A DNA stretch of 64,000 bases from Bugula neritina (lineage: Eukaryota > Animalia > Bryozoa). Location of the stretch: positions 277,751 through 341,750 of the forward strand of contig OZ037773.1 of assembly GCA_964035545.1 (NCBI GenBank). Direction: 5' to 3'. Below the pieces are notes generated by a model that saw nothing but the letters and a program-made list of their open reading frames with translations, made no database searches and had not been told where the DNA came from. This document shows, piece by piece, positions 23,072 to 31,415 of this stretch. Made by a program: the position numbers and the translations under genes. The first letter of the stretch is position 1, and each line of letters opens with the position of its first letter.

Positions 23072-26000
23072 TCAGCGGCGGTCGCCAGATCGACCCCGCT
23101 CCAGGCGGCTAACTCGTCTCCGGAGTTGCCCCAGCTCCTCTTCATATCTGCGGAGCTGCCGGCGTAACTGGTGGACCTCCTCTGCCAACTGAGCTGACGT
23201 CTGGTGCCTAGGGCGGTCGGTAGTACCACGGGCAGGACGTCGCTGGCGGTGCGTCTGCTTCTCGCCCGCCGCCGAGGGTCGGGGGCCCAGGTCCGATGAA
23301 TCGGCCCTGGCACCTGGTCCGACCCGTGCCAGCATGACCCGAAGTGGCTGGGTGGCTGCCGGTTGGGGTGTCGCGGCGGGCTCCCCTTCTTCCTCCCGAA
23401 CAGGCCTACACGCGGGGAATCCCAGGGCGAGAGCAGCCCGTTTGTGGGGATCCGCCACGTGTGGCAGCACCAGGTCCCGAAATTCGGGAAAGGAGGCCTG
23501 GTCTACAGCAAACGTGTAGCCCGTGTGGCAGTGAGCTATGCGTTGATGTCTCAACACATAGTCTCTCTGGTAGGAGAACTCCCCACACGGGCAAAACACG
23601 TTGATGTAGTGCTGTGGGGCGTGTACGCGCAACCGCCGTGCAGAGGAGAATTTCCTCTTACACTCATGGCAGATGCGGTTGCCCGGCTCACCGCAAGCAT
23701 CACCAATTTTTAGGTTGGTGGGTCCAGTCACCCAATACTGGCGGGCGACCAGGGCCTGAGGCAGGGCCAGTATTGGGGAGGTATCTTCTTCTGCTGGCAG
23801 GTGGTCGCCGTGTAGGATGCCCTGCTCCTCCTTGGCCGTGAGCTGAAGCTCGACCGGTTTGGGGTCAGGGCCAACCATGGCGGAACACACCTCTGTGGAG
23901 GAGGTGGCGGCCTGCTGGCTGGTAGAAGCCGAAGCAAGGGCCGGTGGGAGAGGGGAGTCGGACCGACTGGCCTCCTCAACGTCCATTCGCTCCTCTAGAA
24001 TAGATAGTAGAGGCTGTGAGAAGCCGGTCTCACTATCGCCGAAATTCGGCACAGGTGTGTATGGAGATAAGTTAAAAACCGAGGGCCGAGGTGTATCGCA
24101 GAAATTGACTGAGCCTACATCGTGATTCAACAATGTATCAATGGCAGAGTCATCTCCAAGATCCATCTCGGCCTCCGGTTCTAAGAGATCAGAACCAAGT
24201 AAGTCTAGTAAAGACCAGTCTACTGTAATTTGACTAGACTCCGCAACTGGAGGATCTAATCTAGAAGAAATACCTGATTGTGTATCTGGTAGAGTAATTC
24301 CCATAGCTGCTGATAGCGTACGGAGAACAGTGGTAAAGTCAAAATGAGTATTAGAATCAGAATTTAGTTTGAGTTGCAACTGCCGTGCGAGCTGTGTGAA
24401 GTCAGAATGAGAAATGGCCGAACCTCGTGCTTCAGAAGTTTTACCTGCTGAAGCCCGAGTCGCGTGGCTCGTGGGAATTTCCCCCGGATTTTGAGAAGAC
24501 AACTCGCGTGATCGAGTGTCTTCCGAAATTCGGTCGGCCATTTCTTCTTCTTGGTGGAATTCTCCGGGGTGATGAAGGAAATTTCCAACCAAGATGGGGT
24601 GGCAGTCAGTGTGGGGGGGGTCTTCCTCAGGAGGGGGCCCCTCCAGGTGTCCTACAGCATAGTCTGCCAGGTACCTGGGAGGTCTTCTTGGCCGCTGGCT
24701 CCTCTCAAGTGGAACAGACTCTGGTGGTGTTGGTGGCTCCTGGGCTGCCCTGGTAGGGGGGTCCCCGTCTTCACCCCGTACGGGGGTGGGGGTGTCCTCC
24801 CCCGGGAAGGGTTGTGAGCCAAGGGCTTGCTGCTGTTCCTGCTCCCGCTCCGCTCTCTGCTGTCGCTCCAGCTGCTCTATCAGGGCAGCCTGCTCCTGGT
24901 CCGCCTCCCTGGGGACCATAATCTCCACCTCACGGGGCCGGGTGGCCCGTCCACGACGGTTGGGCTGACGGTGGGGCTCCAAGAGGGGTGGAGCCTGACC
25001 CACCGCGTCCGGGCTGGCATGGTAAGGTTTGAGGCGCTGCTCGCTCTGGACAGAGACCTGTCCAGAGCGCTCCACACGGTACGTGTGGTTGGGCAGCACC
25101 TCTACTACGCAGTAGGGGCCGACGAACTTGGGCTGAAGCTCAGCCGACTGTCCGCGCCGCCTACGGTAACTCACCATCCAGACCCAGTCTCCCACTTGGT
25201 ACAACGGGGGCTCCTCTGAGTCCTCTGTGCGGGTCTGCCACTGCTGGGTGCGCAGCGCATCATGAGCTTTGCCCATGATGTCCATCAGACCCTCCACATA
25301 TTCGTGTACCGGTGACTCGGGGGCAGGAACATGGTACGTCAGGTGTTCCGGGACCCGCGTCTCTCGGCCTAACATCAGGAAGTTTGGGGTCTCCTGCGTG
25401 GCGGAGTGTGGTGTGCTGCGGTAAGCCCGCATGATCTGCGGCAGCACCACGTCCCATTCTTCCTGACCTCGACCAAGCAGCAGGCTCCGGAGCGCGTCAC
25501 CCAACATCCTGTTGTTCCGCTCGACGACTCCGTTCCCTTGTGGGTGATATGGGGTGGTCCGACTCTGGTTCACCCCCCATATCCGGCAGAGGTCTCCCAT
25601 GAGCTGGGACTGGAACTGGGCACCCTGGTCTGTATGTATCTGCTCGGGCAAACCGAGGTAACAGAATACATGTTGGTCCAGGGTCCGGGCCACCGTGGGG
25701 GCGGTGGCGTCTGGAATAGCCAGAGCATCCGCCCACCGGGTAAAGTGGTCCGTGAGCACCAGTATCCAGGTGTTCCCTCTGGCGGATAACGGCATAGGCC
25801 CGACGAGGTCTACCGCCACTACTTGCCACGGTCGACCAGCGTACAGCCGGCGTCGACCAGTGGTTTCCGTGGGGCGGCCATGCTTACTAGCTTGGCAGAC
25901 CTCGCATTGCCGTACCCGCAGTCGTACGTCCCGAGTCATTCCGGGCCAATACCAACGTAGCCGCAGACACCTGATGACCCGACTGACTCCAGCATGAGCC

Positions 26001-29000
26001 TGCTTATGGGTGTCCCAGATCAGTTCCCGCCGGAGGGCGCGTGGACAGACGACGCGGTCCCTCTTCTGCTGGCGGTTGTCTGCTGCTAACGTTATCATCA
26101 GGAGGCCATCGGGACTGACCTTGAGGGCATCCCAGCGACGACAGAGGAGTTGGAACTCAACGTCCCCCTGTCGCTGCTGTTCCTCGCTAGGCCGTCGGCC
26201 CTCCTTCTTGGCCCGGAAGATGTCTGCTACCGCGCCGGGTAGCGTCTCCTGGAGTCGGCACAGCTCCTTGACGTTCTGGTGCAGAGTAGGGTTGGCGTAG
26301 AGTGCCTGGACACCGTCCTGGTGGGTTTCGGTCCGAAGATGGCCGTGCTCCCACTGGTAGGTGGTGCCCTCCACTAGTCCTGCTTCCACGTCAAGGCGAG
26401 CGGGTCCCCCGTCCCGCCGTTCAATGTGTAGGCATTGCTTACAGTCCTCTACCGGCCGGCGGCTCATGCCGTCGGCGTTCCCATGCTTCCGGCCTGCACG
26501 GTGCTCTATCCGGTAAGAGAACTCAGCAAGAATCTCTAGCCAACGAGCCACCTGGCTCGAGGGCTCTGCACGTTTACACAGCCATATCAGTGATGCATGG
26601 TCTGTTCGCAGACGGAACGATTTCCCATACAGATATGGCCGAAAGTGCTTGACCGCCTTGACTACTGCTAGGAGTTCCTTCCTAGTGGTGCAGTAGTTCT
26701 TCTCGGCGGCCGCGAGAGTCTTGCTATAGTAAGCCACGACCACCTCACTTCCACCCTGGACTTGAGACAAGACGGCTCCCACGCTGTGGTCGCTGGCGTC
26801 GGTGTCCAGGATGTACTCCTTGGCTGGATCAGGATACGCCAGGATTAGCGCTTCCATTAGCCGTTGCTTGAGGTGGTCGAATGCCTGTTGCTCCTCCTGT
26901 GTCCACTGCCACCGGACTCCCTTCGCGGTCAGCCGATTTAACGGTTGAGCCACTCCTGCAAACCTAGGTATGTACTGCCGGTAGTACCCTACTAGGCCCA
27001 GGAAAGCACGCAACTCAGGGAGGTCACGGGGAACAGTCCACTCCTTCACAGCTTGTACTTTCTCTGAATCGGTAGCGACCCCATCACGGCCAACCACATG
27101 GCCCAGGTACGTGACTTCTGGCTGCAGGAGTGCACACTTGGAGGGCTTCAGCTTCAGTCCAGCAGCCCGGAGACGGTCAAAGACCTCCCGCAGACGGCTG
27201 ACATGAGTCGAGAAGTCTGGGGAGATGACAATGACGTCGTTCAGATAGATGAGGAGGGTCTTCCAGTGTAACCCACTGAGTACTTGCTCCATGAGTCGTT
27301 GGAATGTTGCCGGAGCGGACGTCAGTCCGAATGGCAGTACTTTCCATTTCCAGAGCCCGTCGCGAGTAATGAATGCTGCTTTGTCCTGTGCATCAGGGCT
27401 GAGGGGCACTTGCCAGTACCCACTAAGCAGATCCAAAGTACTGAAGTACTTGCTACCCGCGAGGGCGTCTAGAGACTCATCTATCCGGGGGAGAGGGTAG
27501 GCGTCCTGGATGGTAGCGTTGTTGAGTCTGCGGTAGTCCACGCAGAATCTCCAGCTACCATCCTTCTTCTTGACCAGGACCACTGGGGAGCTCCACGCAC
27601 CGTGGGCAGGCTCAATCAGATCCCGGTCCAGAAGATCCTGTACCTGTCGGCTCACCTCCTTCTCCTTCTCCGGGCCCAGACGTCGGGTAGGCTGCCTGAT
27701 GGGAGTGGTGTCGGCTGCCAGGGGTATCTCGTGAGAGATAACCTTAGTCAGCCCCATGTCTCTATCGCCACGACTGAAGACATCACTGTACTCCGCGAGT
27801 AGTTGAGCCAGTACTTGGCGTTCAGTACTACTCGTACAGTTTCCGCATGCTCCGCCATACAGGTCAGCCAGATGCTCCGGGACTGCTTCTCGTCTGGTGT
27901 GAGGGGGGTTTCCCTGGTTGTCGGCCACTGTCTCCAGTGCCGGACCCACATCCGCTTCCTGGATGGAGTGGTACTTCCCCACCAGCGCTCCGGCCGATAA
28001 TTGGACAGGTTCCGTGAAGGGGTTGATGCACTGCACGAGGAGCTCTTGCCGACAATCTAGCCGATTCAGGCTGTTTGCTAGTCGGATGGCTCCGTGCGTT
28101 CCTTCAACCATCCCCAGGCCGGCGATCTCCTTGCAGTTGACTCTGCATCGGAGAGTCGCCTGGGACCTCCCTGGAACTGTGCAGTCCCGAACTACCTGGA
28201 CTCCGCCCACCAAGGGCCTGCCAAACTTGTCAACACAGACAAGTTCCTTCCCAGCCATCACCACCACTGACTTCTGGAAATCCATGTGGCACTGGTCTTT
28301 CTCCAGGAAGGGCATTCCCAAGATGGCGTCCTCCTTCAGCTGGCTGACTATGAACGTCTCGTGAACTGCTTGATCACGGACGCGTCCAGGTAGTGAAATG
28401 ACGCCGTAGAAAGGAATGCATGATCCGTCCGCCAACGTACCATGCGCACCTTCATACGGCTCGAGGCTCGCCCGCTCTCGTGCACCAAGGGTGTCAAAGA
28501 GACGCCTACTCAGCAGGTTGGTAGTGCACCCAGTATCCAGTAGGAATGTGGCAGCTTTACCCGAAATCTTTCCGGGCAGGAAGTAGCTGCTTCCATACGG
28601 CTGGGTGCTCCTGGAGCGGTCAGTCTCTGGGGGAGACACGACTTGGGTCCGCACAGCGGGCCTCCTCTTCGTCTTAGAGACAACGGGGGTTTTCTGAGGT
28701 CGGTAGGGTAGCTTGGGATACTCTTGCGAGTAAGCTGAATCCTCCTCCACAACCTCCTCGGGCAACCCCGCGAACCGGTTACGGAGTGGCCAGGCTGGAG
28801 GATCGGGTAGACCTTGCGGCCTCCGAGATCTCTGAGGTGCCTGCCATCCGGTTTCTTCTAGTTCCATCCGGGTATCGAGTGGCAGGGCAGGAGGATCGGG
28901 TAGGCCTTTCGGTCTCCGAGATCTCCGGTTTGCGTGCCACTCGATGTAGGTCGATTCTGGAGAGGTCTCTTCTGTTGTCTTCCGAGTCCTACCCCGGACC

Positions 29001-29056
29001 GGATTGGCGTGGGGCCCACGGGTGGCGGAATTCACTGTGAGCCTCGAGTGTTTAAA
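23072..29056 (-). CDS. pol: Pol of element B (PR-RT-RH-IN plus a long C-terminal extension with zinc fingers and a coiled coil); probably reached by -1 frameshift
   Basis: 1987-aa ORF; LLDTGC, YLND, DASD, HAG..CEVC, D,D35E and GPY motifs; slippery TTTAAAC at 29056-29050. Confidence 0.92.
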   Translation of the reverse strand, partial: FKHSRLTVNSATRGPHANPVRGRTRKTTEETSPESTYIEWHANRRSRRPKGLPDPPALPLDTRMELEETGWQAPQRSRRPQGLPDPPAWPLRNRFAGLPEEVVEEDSAYSQEYPKLPYRPQKTPVVSKTKRRPAVRTQVVSPPETDRSRSTQPYGSSYFLPGKISGKAATFLLDTGCTTNLLSRRLFDTLGARERASLEPYEGAHGTLADGSCIPFYGVISLPGRVRDQAVHETFIVSQLKEDAILGMPFLEKDQCHMDFQKSVVVMAGKELVCVDKFGRPLVGGVQVVRDCTVPGRSQATLRCRVNCKEIAGLGMVEGTHGAIRLANSLNRLDCRQELLVQCINPFTEPVQLSAGALVGKYHSIQEADVGPALETVADNQGNPPHTRREAVPEHLADLYGGACGNCTSSTERQVLAQLLAEYSDVFSRGDRDMGLTKVISHEIPLAADTTPIRQPTRRLGPEKEKEVSRQVQDLLDRDLIEPAHGAWSSPVVLVKKKDGSWRFCVDYRRLNNATIQDAYPLPRIDESLDALAGSKYFSTLDLLSGYWQVPLSPDAQDKAAFITRDGLWKWKVLPFGLTSAPATFQRLMEQVLSGLHWKTLLIYLNDVIVISPDFSTHVSRLREVFDRLRAAGLKLKPSKCALLQPEVTYLGHVVGRDGVATDSEKVQAVKEWTVPRDLPELRAFLGLVGYYRQYIPRFAGVAQPLNRLTAKGVRWQWTQEEQQAFDHLKQRLMEALILAYPDPAKEYILDTDASDHSVGAVLSQVQGGSEVVVAYYSKTLAAAEKNYCTTRKELLAVVKAVKHFRPYLYGKSFRLRTDHASLIWLCKRAEPSSQVARWLEILAEFSYRIEHRAGRKHGNADGMSRRPVEDCKQCLHIERRDGGPARLDVEAGLVEGTTYQWEHGHLRTETHQDGVQALYANPTLHQNVKELCRLQETLPGAVADIFRAKKEGRRPSEEQQRQGDVEFQLLCRRWDALKVSPDGLLMITLAADNRQQKRDRVVCPRALRRELIWDTHKQAHAGVSRVIRCLRLRWYWPGMTRDVRLRVRQCEVCQASKHGRPTETTGRRRLYAGRPWQVVAVDLVGPMPLSARGNTWILVLTDHFTRWADALAIPDATAPTVARTLDQHVFCYLGLPEQIHTDQGAQFQSQLMGDLCRIWGVNQSRTTPYHPQGNGVVERNNRMLGDALRSLLLGRGQEEWDVVLPQIMRAYRSTPHSATQETPNFLMLGRETRVPEHLTYHVPAPESPVHEYVEGLMDIMGKAHDALRTQQWQTRTEDSEEPPLYQVGDWVWMVSYRRRRGQSAELQPKFVGPYCVVEVLPNHTYRVERSGQVSVQSEQRLKPYHASPDAVGQAPPLLEPHRQPNRRGRATRPREVEIMVPREADQEQAALIEQLERQQRAEREQEQQQALGSQPFPGEDTPTPVRGEDGDPPTRAAQEPPTPPESVPLERSQRPRRPPRYLADYAVGHLEGPPPEEDPPHTDCHPILVGNFLHHPGEFHQEEEMADRISEDTRSRELSSQNPGEIPTSHATRASAGKTSEARGSAISHSDFTQLARQLQLKLNSDSNTHFDFTTVLRTLSAAMGITLPDTQSGISSRLDPPVAESSQITVDWSLLDLLGSDLLEPEAEMDLGDDSAIDTLLNHDVGSVNFCDTPRPSVFNLSPYTPVPNFGDSETGFSQPLLSILEERMDVEEASRSDSPLPPALASASTSQQAATSSTEVCSAMVGPDPKPVELQLTAKEEQGILHGDHLPAEEDTSPILALPQALVARQYWVTGPTNLKIGDACGEPGNRICHECKRKFSSARRLRVHAPQHYINVFCPCGEFSYQRDYVLRHQRIAHCHTGYTFAVDQASFPEFRDLVLPHVADPHKRAALALGFPACRPVREEEGEPAATPQPAATQPLRVMLARVGPGARADSSDLGPRPSAAGEKQTHRQRRPARGTTDRPRHQTSAQLAEEVHQLRRQLRRYEEELGQLRRRVSRLERGRSGDRR

Positions 29057-29931
29057 GGCTTCTGTCCCTTAGGGCAGTGCCTTCTCACATGTCCTGGCAT
29101 CCCGCACTCCCAGCAAGTGGGCATAGGGGGGCGGACAGGGTCGTCCCGCGAGCGGGGAGCCCGCCTGTCCGTCTGGTTGCGCTGCAACTCCGTCACCGTA
29201 GCCTGCAGGCCTTTCATCATGCTCATCAGCATGTTGAGCTGCGTCTGCTCAGGCGACGGGGTAGCTGCTGCTGCCACTTGTGGGGTTGGGGGTACCTCTT
29301 CTGCATCTCCGGCCACCTGGCGAGCTGCGTAGTTCGCCCTCCGTGGCTCTTCCACCTGGAAGTAGGCCTTCCCCATCTCTAGTGCTTCGTCCAGGCTCTT
29401 GACTTTTGCGGCTAGCCAGTACCGCTTGAGGTCCGGGTGGTTCACACTCCGGAAGAACGCGTTAAAAACGAGGCGCTTCCGATCGTCGCCAGTGGCGTGA
29501 CCGAAAGCAGCCTGAGCCAGGCGCTCTACCTCGTTAGCGTGATCTTCCAGAGATGTCCTTCGGTCTCTCCTCATCACTTGTAGCTGGTCTGACGCCTCTT
29601 CCGTGGTCAACCCGAACCGGGCCCTAAGAGCCCGCATGATGTGGGCTTCGCCGGGTCCCAGTGCGAAGTTCCTGGCCCGGCCTGTCAGACAGGCCCGGAG
29701 TTGGAGGACGCGCACCCGTACTGGCCATTCAGCGGTGGCGGCCACGTCCTCGAACTCCTTGATGAACTGTTCCACGTCTCCATCTCCTCCGAAAGTCGGG
29801 GGCTGGAGGCGATACCTGTCACCAGGTGCTGCCTGTCCTTGCCCCCGCAATCCCTGGAGGGCTGTGACCAGCGCCTCAATAGTGAGGGCTGGTGGTGCTG
29901 CTGCCTCAGGGGCTGGGTCCCCTGGGGCCAT
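29032..29931 (-). CDS. gag: Gag of element B with CCHC zinc knuckle
   Basis: 299 aa, with CWECGMPGHVRRHC. Confidence 0.9.
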   Translation of the reverse strand: MAPGDPAPEAAAPPALTIEALVTALQGLRGQGQAAPGDRYRLQPPTFGGDGDVEQFIKEFEDVAATAEWPVRVRVLQLRACLTGRARNFALGPGEAHIMRALRARFGLTTEEASDQLQVMRRDRRTSLEDHANEVERLAQAAFGHATGDDRKRLVFNAFFRSVNHPDLKRYWLAAKVKSLDEALEMGKAYFQVEEPRRANYAARQVAGDAEEVPPTPQVAAAATPSPEQTQLNMLMSMMKGLQATVTELQRNQTDRRAPRSRDDPVRPPMPTCWECGMPGHVRRHCPKGQKPLNTRGSQ

Positions 29932-30640
29932 CCTATTTCTCTTAGCAACTAGCTATTCGTAGAATCCCACCGCTGCCACCAATGTGATAGTTTTGTGGAT
30001 TGTGAATGAAACTAGTGCTGTTACATGCTTGTATGAGAAACAAGGCGAGAAATAAGGTAAAAGGTAGATAATCTTTATTGTAGTATAGTCCGAGTGAATC
30101 AATGGTCTTTATCCAGCGAGCTCCAGTAGTAGACTGAACTATACTGGAACTCGCTGGCTTTTATATACATGCAGGACAAAGACATTCCTTTGTTTGCCGA
30201 GATCGGAGGCCCGAAATACCGAATATCGGTACTTCGGGAATCCGAAATGCCGAATCCGGCATTTCGGTACTTCGGTATTCCGATATGCCGAGAATCGGCA
30301 TATCGGTGTTTCGGAGGACCGAAGTACCGATCTCGGTAACAAAGGACACACACACACAACATAATTTTACCACAGTATGCCCAAAGTCATTACAATATTT
30401 TTTGTTTTTACTTGAGGAGTATTTCAAATATATCAACAATAGAGAAAGTGTGTAATGTGCATGCAGTTATGTAACCTGTTTTATAAATATTAATATAGTT
30501 GTGCTTTGTTCCTTTGTGTTCTAAATCTCTTTATCCTTGTTGTTTGTATATATTGTCAGTTTTAGATATGTGTTCGTAGTGATCAGTTGTGCTTTCCAAA
30601 TAAAGATATTTTAGTGAACTTTAAGTATAATACTATTACA

Positions 30641-30652
30641 AGCTATTTCGGC
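30641..30652 (+). promoter_or_regulatory. Primer-binding site complementary to nt 1-12 of tRNA-Phe(GAA)
   Basis: AGCTATTTCGGC directly abuts the 5' LTR. Its reverse complement GCCGAAATAGCT is the 5' end of vertebrate and insect tRNA-Phe (recalled sequence). Confidence 0.75.
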
Positions 30653-30671
30653 ATTTATCAGTGGTAAAAAT

Positions 30672-31415
30672 ATGGCAGTCAGGGTGTCGGATCTAGTGAA
30701 AAATTATGAGGACAGTTCAGTTAGTGGAGACTTTACTGAGTGGTGTGAGAAGCTGGAGCTAGTAGCAAAGTTGCAGAAAGTAGAAGATCTTGCATCGTTC
30801 CTGCCATTATTCTTGGCAGGTCCAGCATTTGCTGTGTATAAACAGTTTTCAGAGGATGTTAAATCAGACTTTCCAACGTTAAAGGCTGAGCTGATGACGT
30901 CATTTTGCGAGAGCAGTTACAGCGCTTATGATCAACTTAGATCAAGAAGTCTAAAAGAAGGTGAAGCTGTAGATGTCTATGTGGCTGACTTGAGAAGGCT
31001 AGTAACACTAATAGGTCAGAAAACTCCTGAGCCTTTATTGAAATGTGCATTTATTGCTGGTTTGCCAGTGGATGTTGCTACACAAATAAAATCCTTAGAA
31101 GAATTGGTTGATAGAGCTAGAGTAATGTTATCAACAGCAACTGTAGACACTTTGACACCCTGTGCTGTTGGTAGGAATGTTACTAGAAAGTGTTTTAAAT
31201 GTTTTTCACCACACCATTCAGCTTGGAACTGTAACACTGAGAAAAGTCAAAATGGGAACATGAATGCTAATCGAAATGCCAATAATCATCAGCAGTACAG
31301 AAGATGGAGCGTTCAGTGCTATACCTGTCAGGCTTGGGGGCATATTAGTAGGAATTGCCCACAGGGAAACGGCGCTGGGGCAGTGTCAGCACCGGATGCT
31401 CACCCCAACAACTAA
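30672..31415 (+). CDS. gag: Gag of element C with two CCHC knuckles
   Basis: CFKCFSPHHSAWNC and CYTCQAWGHISRNC. Confidence 0.9.
   Translation: MAVRVSDLVKNYEDSSVSGDFTEWCEKLELVAKLQKVEDLASFLPLFLAGPAFAVYKQFSEDVKSDFPTLKAELMTSFCESSYSAYDQLRSRSLKEGEAVDVYVADLRRLVTLIGQKTPEPLLKCAFIAGLPVDVATQIKSLEELVDRARVMLSTATVDTLTPCAVGRNVTRKCFKCFSPHHSAWNCNTEKSQNGNMNANRNANNHQQYRRWSVQCYTCQAWGHISRNCPQGNGAGAVSAPDAHPNN

Larger units (their letters stand above)
22375..30374 (-). mobile_element. Full-length Ty3/Gypsy LTR retrotransposon B (tRNA-Leu primed, recent insertion)
   Basis: 392-bp LTRs at 22375-22766 and 29983-30374 with no differences seen; 4-bp TSD GTAT; tRNA-Leu PBS at 29964-29981; G-rich tract next to the 3' LTR; open gag and pol. 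Confidence 0.98.

Noticed and set aside
12683-29962. Many short antisense or alternate-frame ORFs inside elements A and B
   Set aside because: Expected shadow ORFs in GC-rich coding sequence; no recognisable motifs.
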